Source: a phage. From it: a DNA stretch of 64,000 nt. Location of the stretch: the sequence record PV467749.1. The stretch is one strand, 5' to 3'. The notes beneath the pieces were generated by a model. That model saw nothing but the letters and a program-made list of their open reading frames with translations, ran no database searches and had not been told where the DNA came from. Both the position numbers and the translations under genes were made by a program. Within the stretch, counting starts at the first letter, position 1. Every line of letters begins with the position of its first letter. Below, in pieces: positions 22,754-29,852 of the stretch.

Positions 22754-22805
22754 TTTTATTACTCCAGGTTATAGGCGGGAAGAGTTCCCGCTCTCGATGT
22801 AAAAC

Positions 22806-22833
22806 ATTATACGCCTTTAAACATAGTTTGCAA
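22806..22833 (-). promoter_or_regulatory. promoter + 5' stem-loop cassette (PeSL-like)
   Basis: TTGCAA-N16-TATAAT + GAGCGGGAACTCTTCCCGCC hairpin. Confidence 0.7.
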
Positions 22834-22840
22834 GTACTTT

Positions 22841-23107
22841 TTATTCAAGTACTGCAATCTTTTTAGTACGGTACACGGTCACGCGGTTGCCCTTTCGGTC
22901 GAGCTTTATTTCTACCACTCGACGCGATACACTATCGGGACTTTTTAAGGCCGCTAACCAGTACTGTAATGATCTGGCGGTACTACGCTTTACAATGGCC
23001 CAACGTTTACCACGTTCCGATTGTACGCCCATATCTTTAAACGTTGCCCCGTCCTGGCGTGCGGCGATCCGAGCTTGTTCACGCGTCGCAAAATACTTAA
23101 TATTCAT
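22841..23107 (-). CDS. hypothetical protein, paralog of 10859..11254
   Basis: Start moved to MNIKYFATREQAR; shared FKDMG, KRWA, DRKGNRVTVY. Confidence 0.75.
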   Translation of the reverse strand: MNIKYFATREQARIAARQDGATFKDMGVQSERGKRWAIVKRSTARSLQYWLAALKSPDSVSRRVVEIKLDRKGNRVTVYRTKKIAVLE

Positions 23108-23195
23108 GCTGTTGCCCTTATCGTTGGTGTATGAATAAAACACTATTATAAAGTACTATCCCCGTGCAATAGTACTTTAAATAAATTCTATTCTA

Positions 23196-23435
23196 TTACA
23201 TTCCAACCATTGCCGCACGGATCGCAGTAGTGCTATATTTGAATCCGTCCGGTGTTTTATCTTGTCCAGTCTGTTCTAAAAATAACATCATATGACGGGC
23301 CGCATCATTGCGATTAGTGCTATCGTTAATAAAGTCCTGGGCCAACCGGTATAATGATTCATCGTTATTAATCCAAAGGCTTACATTCCAATGAGTTTTG
23401 TTTTTGTGACCTAAGAACATTTTTGATTTAGCCAT
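23196..23435 (-). CDS. hypothetical protein, paralog of 21151..21390
   Basis: Start moved to MAKSKMFLGHK (SD AGAGGA). Confidence 0.8.
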   Translation of the reverse strand: MAKSKMFLGHKNKTHWNVSLWINNDESLYRLAQDFINDSTNRNDAARHMMLFLEQTGQDKTPDGFKYSTTAIRAAMVGM

Positions 23436-23486
23436 TTTTTTAATCCTCTTATATAGTGGGGAACTATTCCCCACCTGATGTAAAAC

Positions 23487-23514
23487 ATTATACGCTTTTA
23501 AACTTAGTTTGCAA
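23487..23514 (-). promoter_or_regulatory. promoter + 5' stem-loop cassette (PeSL-like)
   Basis: TTGCAA-N16-TATAAT + GGTGGGGAATAGTTCCCCAC hairpin. Confidence 0.7.
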
Positions 23515-23528
23515 GTACTTTATTAAAC

Positions 23529-23891
23529 TTATTTGTAAATTTTGCCACTTTCTACCCATACCAGGAAACGAGGCATATTATCCCATGCATCTTGCTTTAA
23601 GTTTAAGCCGTGCAATTCCTCAGTTGTTGCCATGCCTGGGACTGGTTTACTATACACCGAGAATTTTTCGCCCATGTACTGATAAACCATCGTCAAATCA
23701 CTGGCGATCATCTTATGGATCATCGCATCAAGCATCACGGTCGCGGCGTATTGTTCACGCTTAAGCGGCAGCATTTTAATCAGTTCGCGGTATGCGTCAA
23801 TGTGAGTTTTAACCGTTGCCGCCGGAAGATCTTTCATCTCGTCGCGGAAGTTAACCAGGTTAGCAATAATTTTGGTGATTTGAGTCGCCAT
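23529..23891 (-). CDS. hypothetical protein
   Basis: Start moved to MATQITKII (120 aa); 47 upstream track residues are cassette read-through. Confidence 0.7.
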   Translation of the reverse strand: MATQITKIIANLVNFRDEMKDLPAATVKTHIDAYRELIKMLPLKREQYAATVMLDAMIHKMIASDLTMVYQYMGEKFSVYSKPVPGMATTEELHGLNLKQDAWDNMPRFLVWVESGKIYK

Positions 23892-23948
23892 CGTTTTAAT
23901 CTCTCTTAAAAGTGAGTTAGGAGCGTTTCCCCCGTCTCGATGTAAAAC

Positions 23949-23976
23949 ATTATACGCCTTTAAACATAGTTTACAA
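23949..23976 (-). promoter_or_regulatory. promoter + 5' stem-loop cassette (PeSL-like)
   Basis: TTGTAA-N16-TATAAT + GACGGGGGAAACGCTCC hairpin; leftmost-pointing promoter at the edge of the ORF-free region. Confidence 0.65.
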
Positions 23977-24199
23977 GTACTTTCTACAAATACTTTTAAA
24001 ATAGTTTTCTTTCTATATAGGGAAACTATCATTCAGTACTGAATCAACCAAATCACTACTACACCCCGTAAAACGGCCTCAATCGCATTCTAACGCATTA
24101 TTACACCTAAGCTATACATTTGCACCATTCTAATCATTCCAGTGCGTTACGGGCCGTTTAAACGCGTTAAATTATTTTCAATTATTTTGTTTTTAGGTA

Positions 24200-24227
24200 T
24201 TGACTCAGTACTAAAAAAGCGTATAAT
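24200..24227 (+). promoter_or_regulatory. plus-strand promoter, no ORF
   Basis: TTGACT-N16-TATAAT; box CCCCAGGGGGTGC at 24255-24267; an opposite-sense box at 24313-24325. Confidence 0.6.
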
Positions 24228-24415
24228 TACTACATAGACGCGAGAAAGCGGATACCCCAGGGGGTGCGGAATTGTGCCCAAAATTCAAGATATAAAAAAA
24301 GGATACACTCCCGCACCCTAGCAGGTAAACGCACTTTCTCAGTACTGAAATATAGTACCATAGTCCGGCCCAGGATAGCAAGCAAATTAATTAAAACTTT
24401 TTTGCTTCCAGGGTA

Positions 24416-24443
24416 TTGCTTTATTTTTTCAGTACTGTATAAT
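24416..24443 (+). promoter_or_regulatory. plus-strand promoter, no ORF
   Basis: TTGCTT-N16-TATAAT (TG-extended); box CCCACCGGGTGC at 24472-24483. Confidence 0.55.
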
Positions 24444-24540
24444 AGTTCCATCAAGTCGAGAAAGACTCAAGCCCACCGGGTGCATAGTTACGCCCAAAAT
24501 TCAGTACTGAAAAAATTTTTAAAAATATCCGTCCAGGTCG

Positions 24541-24569
24541 TTGACATTGCCCCCAGTTTATAAGATAAT
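24541..24569 (+). promoter_or_regulatory. plus-strand promoter reading into the TAGCCRTC iterons
   Basis: TTGACA-N17-GATAAT; GCGGGGAaactaTCCCCaCGC hairpin about 40 nt downstream. Confidence 0.6.
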
Positions 24570-24666
24570 GATTCCAGATTCAGAAAAATCTAACACCAGA
24601 TACTGCGGGGAAACTATCCCCACGCGGTAGGGGAACTATTGGAAAAAACAAAATAAAATTTTGATT

Positions 24667-24778
24667 TAGCCGTCTATACTTCCAGACGTGTAACCATCTA
24701 GCCGTTTAGCCGTCCAAACGTCTAGCCATCCAGCCATCCAGAAATCTAGCCGTTTAGCCGTCTAGATGGATAGCCATC
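24667..24778 (+). repeat. iteron cluster, 8 copies of TAGCCGTY / YAGCCATC
   Basis: Copies at 24667, 24699, 24707, 24723, 24731, 24747, 24755, 24771. Flanked by a CTTCCAGAC pair and RCCCAAAATYC repeats. Confidence 0.8.
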
Positions 24779-25180
24779 TTTACTTCCAGACTTCTGGAGG
24801 GCTAGACATATCTACGCCCAAAATCCATCCAGGGTAACTACACCCAAAATCCGTCAGTACTATACCATAGATCTATCTTTTGAAAGGGAGTATTCAGTAC
24901 TGCCATCATAGCCCTCACTATGTTACCCTAGGAGGATGAAGACTATCATGTAGTACTGAATACTGTTAGAGGGAATCCACCAGCTTGTGCTGGTGGCATA
25001 ATGCTTTAGATTAAAATCAGTACTGACACCATTCTGTTAATATCAGTACTGTTATTACGATTTTCATATGAGGTTCAAAAAGATGTACCACCACAGGAGG
25101 AACTATCTTTTCTGTACTGTCTCACGACAGGAGGTAGAGTAAATGAATTGTTCGCAGCAACTCATCTCTCTATGTAGAAC

Positions 25181-25208
25181 ATTATACAGTACTGAATCAT
25201 AATGTCAA
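25181..25208 (-). promoter_or_regulatory. orphan PeSL-type promoter (no gene downstream)
   Basis: TTGACA-N16-TATAAT with a GTTCTACATAGAGAG leader like the early-gene cassettes, but followed only by ORF-free DNA. Confidence 0.55.
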
Positions 25209-25486
25209 TAGCTTTCTTTCATTATTCAGTACTGATATTCTTGAGAACTACCCGACTACAAACATCATTATATCCCACAAATCATAAACGTCCCAACGTA
25301 AATTTCAACTTTCGAAGAACCAACTTTTATTTCATAGGTACTCCAAAATTTTTAGGATCGAGATTTAGGATGGAGTACTAACCAACTTTTTGCTGGAGCC
25401 TCAAGGGGTAATTGAATTTTACCCCGAAGGGTAAAAGGGTAATTGAAATTAAGGTGAAAGTAATAATTCAGTACTAATCATTGCGT

Positions 25487-25514
25487 GATTACTTTTGATT
25501 ACATTTGATGTAAT
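25487..25514 (+). repeat. three GATTAC-type hexamers phased at 10 bp
   Basis: GATTACttttGATTACatttGATGTAAT. Confidence 0.7.
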
Positions 25515-25726
25515 TTGCAAAATGGAAAAGGAGCTTGGAAACTACAAAGTACGGCAGACTTCCTCTGCCTACTTAGTGACATATCGACACCTTCAGTACT
25601 GAATACTTTTAGGGCAGTACTGAATCCTTCCCTAGCATTCTTGAGTAATCTTGTCTATAATAATCAGTACTGAATCATATATAATCATTCTGTGATTCTA
25701 CGGTGCTCATATAAATGTTTATATAT

Positions 25727-25752
25727 GATTACTTATGACTACATATGATTAC
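25727..25752 (+). repeat. three GATTAC-type hexamers phased at 10 bp (second cluster)
   Basis: GATTACttatGACTACatatGATTAC. Confidence 0.7.
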
Positions 25753-25875
25753 GGGGTTTAGCCTGGGGAGAATCCTAGTGATCGCATTTGTCCAGGCTGA
25801 ATTTTAACAATTCTTCTAATTGTTAAAGCCTGTCCAATGCTTTCCCTGCGGAGCTTCCCCTGTCTATATGTTGAA

Positions 25876-26082
25876 TTACTTCCTATATATAAGCATTAAC
25901 ATATAGTAGTACTGATTATGCTGTACATTCTCTTTAATATTATAAGGGTCTATAGCAATCTCGGTACATCTGTTAAATGCATATCTATTAAATGCCAGTA
26001 CTATTATAGATCTAATCCATGCTTGGTCAGTCGGTGGTAGTTTACTTATATAGTACTCTTTATAGTTTTTTATGTTCTGCAT
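25876..26082 (-). CDS. family-2 small protein
   Basis: MQNIKNYKEYYISKL..YYYMLMLIYRK; last gene of the array. Confidence 0.7.
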   Translation of the reverse strand: MQNIKNYKEYYISKLPPTDQAWIRSIIVLAFNRYAFNRCTEIAIDPYNIKENVQHNQYYYMLMLIYRK

Positions 26083-26093
26083 AGTATACCTTA

Positions 26094-26285
26094 TTATTTC
26101 AAAGTACCATATAGTACTCTTAATAGGAAGTAGTACGTATTAGAGATATCATTAGTAGTTAAAACAATCTTAGTACACATATTAAATTCGTATTGAGTCA
26201 TTGCCAGGGGGATTAAATTGTTAACCCATGCTTGTTCGTTTTCTTTGAGTTTACTTATATAGAAATCTTTATGTTCTTTATTCAT
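26094..26285 (-). CDS. family-2 small protein
   Basis: MNKEHKDFYISKL..YYFLLRVLYGTLK. Confidence 0.7.
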   Translation of the reverse strand: MNKEHKDFYISKLKENEQAWVNNLIPLAMTQYEFNMCTKIVLTTNDISNTYYFLLRVLYGTLK

Positions 26286-26487
26286 ATAGGAATAGTATAC
26301 CTATGATGCCGGAGTACATATTAGTACTGTTATTATTGTCGTTTGCGTTTAAGGTCATTTGAATACAATTATTGTAGCATAATCTGCCGAAATATGTATC
26401 AGTACTTAAAGGTGCTGTAGTCCTTAGAAACATTTGTTCTGTGGGGCTGAGGTGTTTGGAGTAGAATTCTTTATGTTCTTTATTCAT
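26278..26487 (-). CDS. family-2 small protein
   Basis: MNKEHKEFYSKHLSPTEQMFLR..; close to 26861..27067. Confidence 0.7.
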   Translation of the reverse strand: MNKEHKEFYSKHLSPTEQMFLRTTAPLSTDTYFGRLCYNNCIQMTLNANDNNNSTNMYSGIIGILFLYE

Positions 26488-26492
26488 ATTAG

Positions 26493-26678
26493 TTAGTGTC
26501 TGTATATAAGTAATAGTAAGAATACGTACTGCACCTGTTCATCTTTAGTATTGAGTACTGTACGTATTGCGTCATGGAACAAGAATATAGTACTTGGGTC
26601 ATTAGAATTTAAGGGGTTTACGGGGACGGCGTGTTTGTAGTTCCCTTTAACAAATTGTATATAGTATTCTCTATGCAT
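26493..26678 (-). CDS. family-2 small protein
   Basis: MHREYYIQFV..YVFLLLLIYRH. Confidence 0.7.
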   Translation of the reverse strand: MHREYYIQFVKGNYKHAVPVNPLNSNDPSTIFLFHDAIRTVLNTKDEQVQYVFLLLLIYRH

Positions 26679-26679
26679 A

Positions 26680-26868
26680 TCAGTACCTATATATTAGGGC
26701 GAGAATGTAGTACAGTTTATATGTATTATAATCTGGGTTGATAGCACATAGTGTGTGGTAGTGGAATTGTTTGGTATTTTTCTTATCCTTGATATCTATT
26801 GGGATTTGTGGTATAAGCATTTGGGAGTTTAGATCGAGATGGCTTAAGTAGAATTCTTTGTTATTCAT
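26680..26868 (-). CDS. family-2 small protein
   Basis: MNNKEFYLSHL..LYYILALIYRY. Confidence 0.7.
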   Translation of the reverse strand: MNNKEFYLSHLDLNSQMLIPQIPIDIKDKKNTKQFHYHTLCAINPDYNTYKLYYILALIYRY

Positions 26869-27067
26869 AGAAGAATATTAGTCCCATTACGCCTGAGTAT
26901 TGAATATTTTTGTTATTGTTTTCTAAAGCTTCTAGAGTAATACGTATACAATTATTAAAGCAATCTCTGGCGTGTGGTGTATCTAAACGTAAAGGTGATA
27001 CACTCCTTAGAAACATTTGTTCTGATGCACTGAGGTGTTTGGTGTAAAATTCTTTCTGTTCGTTCAT
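26861..27067 (-). CDS. family-2 small protein
   Basis: MNEQKEFYTKHLSASEQMFLR.. Confidence 0.7.
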   Translation of the reverse strand: MNEQKEFYTKHLSASEQMFLRSVSPLRLDTPHARDCFNNCIRITLEALENNNKNIQYSGVMGLIFFYE

Positions 27068-27077
27068 ATTGGCCTCT

Positions 27078-27266
27078 TTAGTACACGAAAGCTAGGTACA
27101 GTACATGATACAGTACTCGATGATAGCTATCAAAATCTAGTATACATGCTTTAGTGCACATAGTAAAGTACACTTTATCGTTTTGAGCATTGATACCGCG
27201 AGGTTTATCTAATAGATTAGTACTGAGGTACATTGGGAAATATTTTGTGTAGTATTCTTTATGCAT
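27078..27266 (-). CDS. family-2 small protein
   Basis: Start set at MHKEYYTKYF (the track adds 15 residues that overlap the upstream gene). Confidence 0.7.
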   Translation of the reverse strand: MHKEYYTKYFPMYLSTNLLDKPRGINAQNDKVYFTMCTKACILDFDSYHRVLYHVLYLAFVY

Positions 27267-27267
27267 A

Positions 27268-27450
27268 TTAGTACCTGAATATAAGTAGGATAGTGTTATA
27301 TAATTGGTCATAGCTACTACTATTTTCTATACTGCGTTCTATGCAATTATTGAATCCCAGTACTGCCAAATCGTTATCCAGGGGGACTTTATATCTGGCG
27401 TAGTGTTCAAATATACTGGGGAGAAATTGTGTGTAGTATTCTTTGTGCAT
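27268..27450 (-). CDS. family-2 small protein
   Basis: MHKEYYTQFL..LYNTILLIFRY. Confidence 0.7.
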   Translation of the reverse strand: MHKEYYTQFLPSIFEHYARYKVPLDNDLAVLGFNNCIERSIENSSSYDQLYNTILLIFRY

Positions 27451-27451
27451 A

Positions 27452-27643
27452 TTAGTACTTATATATTAGTAAAAGGATGTGATACAGTACTCTATTATAG
27501 TCCTCAATATATATCGAGGATTTAGTGCACTGAATGAAGTAGTCTTTTTCGTAGTCTTTTTCTATACTCAATTGTTTTGTTGGTACAAGGTGTTGGAGAT
27601 ACATTGGGAGTTTCTCTATGTAGTATTCTTTGTGGTTATTCAT
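27452..27643 (-). CDS. family-2 small protein
   Basis: MNNHKEYYIEKL..LYHILLLIYKY. Confidence 0.7.
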   Translation of the reverse strand: MNNHKEYYIEKLPMYLQHLVPTKQLSIEKDYEKDYFIQCTKSSIYIEDYNRVLYHILLLIYKY

Positions 27644-27651
27644 ATTATGTG

Positions 27652-27825
27652 TTATTTCGTGAAAACAAGGGTTAGTACTGCATAGTACAAGTCATACGTA
27701 TCTTTAGGGTTAATAGCACCTTTAATACATTCTTTCATTACTTCATTATAGATAATTTTAGTACTGAATGTATTGGATGTTACTATATCGGAATTAAGGT
27801 ACGAGAGGTAGAATTCTTTATACAT
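27652..27825 (-). CDS. family-2 small protein
   Basis: Start set at MYKEFYLSYL (57 aa); 8-nt overlap with the stop of 27818..28477. Confidence 0.65.
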   Translation of the reverse strand: MYKEFYLSYLNSDIVTSNTFSTKIIYNEVMKECIKGAINPKDTYDLYYAVLTLVFTK

Positions 27826-28477
27826 AGTTTGAAATATACGTAATGAGGTGATGAAATTTCTTATCAGTACTGATAAGTTCCTGTACATGTTTTGTTAGTT
27901 TGTACGCGTTTTTATAGAGTCCTGGATTATCGATTACAGTACTGTACATGAATTCTTCTTCCTCGGATAATTCTTTGTGTTCTAGTTCTTTGAGGAATTG
28001 CAGTACTGTATCAGTTTCGTTAGTACGTTGCTTTTGGAAGAAGTGCATGTTATCGTGTATTTTTTCTGAACCCATGCAGTACATATCGCCGATTTGGAAT
28101 TGTGCAGTACTGATATCATGGGTGCTATTACAATTCCCGAAGAAGTATACATTCCCGAAAGATAGAATTATAGTGCACGGGATATTATCCATGTGTATAT
28201 AGATAGATGCATTCTTTAGTGCTTTTGTGCTGGTATTAGTACTCAATACTTTTAAATCAGTATTATAGATATTAATAAAAGCAAGAGCTATATTATTTTT
28301 CTTCAAGTACGATTTGAGGTTCTTAGATACGAGAACATTTCTGGATTTTTTCTTTTTATTTCGTTTCTTTAGTACACACGGGTCGTAAGTATATGCTGGT
28401 GTAAAAGATTCTGCTTGAATACTGTTGAGGTATTTAAAGTGCTTAAGGTATTGTTTGCTGTGTGCATTAAGTTTCAT
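27818..28477 (-). CDS. hypothetical 219-aa protein, distant paralog of 48973..49623 and 62828..63400
   Basis: Basic N-terminus with a family-2-like KQYLKHFKYL. Shared late motif ELSEEEEFMYSTVI vs KLPEEQLFQYSLI vs KLNEEEYFQESIV. Confidence 0.75.
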   Translation of the reverse strand: MKLNAHSKQYLKHFKYLNSIQAESFTPAYTYDPCVLKKRNKKKKSRNVLVSKNLKSYLKKNNIALAFINIYNTDLKVLSTNTSTKALKNASIYIHMDNIPCTIILSFGNVYFFGNCNSTHDISTAQFQIGDMYCMGSEKIHDNMHFFQKQRTNETDTVLQFLKELEHKELSEEEEFMYSTVIDNPGLYKNAYKLTKHVQELISTDKKFHHLITYISNYV

Positions 28478-28487
28478 TTGGTTTCCT

Positions 28488-28667
28488 TTATACAGATGCG
28501 AGAGCGAGGATTTCCCTGAAGGGATTATCTTTTGTTAGTGCGTGATGAATGCAGCTATTGAGATTAATATTTTTAGTACTATTAGTTGCCAGGTTGTAGT
28601 ACTTCACGAAGGTGTCGTACATGAAACGGTCTTTAATGCTTATGTGTTCTATATAGTATTCTTGCAT
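28488..28667 (-). CDS. family-2 small protein (59 aa, below ORF-track cutoff)
   Basis: My translation: MQEYYIEHISIKDRFMYDTFVKYYNLATNSTKNINLNSCIHHALTKDNPFREILALASV. Confidence 0.6.
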   Translation of the reverse strand: MQEYYIEHISIKDRFMYDTFVKYYNLATNSTKNINLNSCIHHALTKDNPFREILALASV

Positions 28668-28675
28668 ATTATTCC

Positions 28676-28864
28676 TTACATAGAGATGAGTTTCAGTACA
28701 TCAATATACATATAACGTTCAGATGACAGTACACGGGTAGTGATAATCTCAATCGATATATTTTTAATTCCATGTGCAGATGATTGATGGTGCTGAATAA
28801 ATGAGTTGTGCATACTTTGTTCTATGTGGTTTAGTTTATTGAAGTAGTACTCAAAAGTGTTCAT
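28676..28864 (-). CDS. family-2 small protein
   Basis: MNTFEYYFNKL..YMYIDVLKLISM. Confidence 0.7.
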   Translation of the reverse strand: MNTFEYYFNKLNHIEQSMHNSFIQHHQSSAHGIKNISIEIITTRVLSSERYMYIDVLKLISM

Positions 28865-28871
28865 GTCTACC

Positions 28872-29051
28872 TTAGATTAAGATTAGTTTAAGTACTTCTC
28901 TGTACGTGTACTTTTCGTTTTGTGCTTCTACTGTACACGAGAGTAGATAACGTTTTTTATCTCTTTTGTTCCCGACTGTGTAGTACCTTTGGAATTTATT
29001 ATAGTTGTATCTATCTTTGTGCTGGAGGTTATAGATATAGAATTCTTGCAT
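28872..29051 (-). CDS. family-2 small protein (59 aa, below ORF-track cutoff)
   Basis: My translation: MQEFYIYNLQHKDRYNYNKFQRYYTVGNKRDKKRYLLSCTVEAQNEKYTYREVLKLILI. Confidence 0.65.
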   Translation of the reverse strand: MQEFYIYNLQHKDRYNYNKFQRYYTVGNKRDKKRYLLSCTVEAQNEKYTYREVLKLILI

Positions 29052-29059
29052 AGAGTACC

Positions 29060-29245
29060 TTAGATTGCTATCAGTTTGAGTACTTCAATATATGTGCGGT
29101 ACTCTGCTTTAATTAAATTTGTACACACTGTAAGGGAATTTCTTTGTATAAGTTTATTGCCGCTTTTATACGCATTTCTCCACACATAGAGATGAGATCT
29201 TTCAGGCATAGATAGTTTATTTGTATAGTACTCAAATGTGTTCAT
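29060..29245 (-). CDS. family-2 small protein
   Basis: MNTFEYYTNKL..YRTYIEVLKLIAI. Confidence 0.7.
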   Translation of the reverse strand: MNTFEYYTNKLSMPERSHLYVWRNAYKSGNKLIQRNSLTVCTNLIKAEYRTYIEVLKLIAI

Positions 29246-29253
29246 ATATTACC

Positions 29254-29436
29254 TCAAATAGAGATTAGTTTAAGTACTTCTCTGTATGTGTACTTTTCGT
29301 TTTGTGCATCTCTTGTGCTTGTATATAGGTATCCTCGACGATATTTGTTGCTCCCGTTCTTGTAGTTGAATTCGAACTTATTGTAGATGAATCTATCGCC
29401 AGGCTGTAATTTACTTAAGTACAATTCAATGTTCAT
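29254..29436 (-). CDS. family-2 small protein
   Basis: Start set at MNIELYLSKL (track 29457 adds MICKENT); ends YTYREVLKLISI. Confidence 0.65.
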   Translation of the reverse strand: MNIELYLSKLQPGDRFIYNKFEFNYKNGSNKYRRGYLYTSTRDAQNEKYTYREVLKLISI

Positions 29437-29446
29437 AGTATTCTCT

Positions 29447-29632
29447 TTACATATCAATAAGTTTCAGTACTGCTCTGTACGTGTACTTAGTTGTTAGTGC
29501 TTCTTTTATAGCAATACAGAAGTAATGTTGTTTGTCTCTTATACTACCGCGTTTGTAGTACCATACATTGGAGTTGTGGGTGTACTTGTCCCTGTCGGAT
29601 AGATTTTGGTAATAGTATAATATATGATTCAT
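29447..29632 (-). CDS. family-2 small protein
   Basis: MNHILYYYQNL..YTYRAVLKLIDM; ATGA overlap upstream. Confidence 0.7.
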   Translation of the reverse strand: MNHILYYYQNLSDRDKYTHNSNVWYYKRGSIRDKQHYFCIAIKEALTTKYTYRAVLKLIDM

Positions 29633-29841
29633 GGTAATGTAATTAGCCTTATTATGTTAAAGTACTCGGTCCCTGGTACACCTTGTAGAATATTATCAAC
29701 TACATTTTCTTGGTGCAGGATTAATACATTCGGTGCGGTTCTTTTAAGGTTTTTTAAAGTACTGTATTCTTGTTTAAGGATGAACTGTACATCTTTAGGG
29801 AGAATATCTAAGTAGTACTGGTGTATGTTCATAGTTTTCAT
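29629..29841 (-). CDS. family-2 small protein
   Basis: MKTMNIHQYYLDIL..YFNIIRLITLP. Confidence 0.7.
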   Translation of the reverse strand: MKTMNIHQYYLDILPKDVQFILKQEYSTLKNLKRTAPNVLILHQENVVDNILQGVPGTEYFNIIRLITLP

Positions 29842-29852
29842 ATAGTACTCTT

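Larger units (their letters stand above)
24033..25875. other. 1.8-kb ORF-free region dense in promoters, iterons and palindromes
   Basis: No ORF with an SD or coding-like composition. Several repeat families (see the separate features). Confidence 0.7.

Noticed and set aside
4475-23909. Plus-strand ORFs across the minus-strand early block (4475..4687, 5750..6034, 6226..6477, 7577..7831, 8727..8912, 11377..11721, 11585..11854, 13539..13793, 14569..14778, 15786..15971, 15847..16056, 16471..16746, 16628..16813, 18569..18805, 19013..19300, 20679..20864, 21582..21821, 22887..23138, 23456..23764, 23610..23909) and alternative-frame minus ORFs 8450..8662 and 18615..18836
   Set aside because: They are antisense to or overlap better-supported genes, cross promoter cassettes, and lack SD sequences.
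24230-24563. Track ORFs 24230..24454 (-) and 24264..24563 (+) in the ORF-free hub
   Set aside because: Both run straight through consensus promoters and the CCCAYNGGGTGC boxes, overlap each other on opposite strands, and have no SD.
25070-25200. AGGAGG + ATG at 25133-25145 giving a 19-codon plus-strand ORF (MNCSQQLISLCRTLYSTES)
   Set aside because: It is too short, overlaps the orphan minus-strand promoter, and shows no conservation evidence. The duplicated ACAGGAGG words may be regulatory instead.
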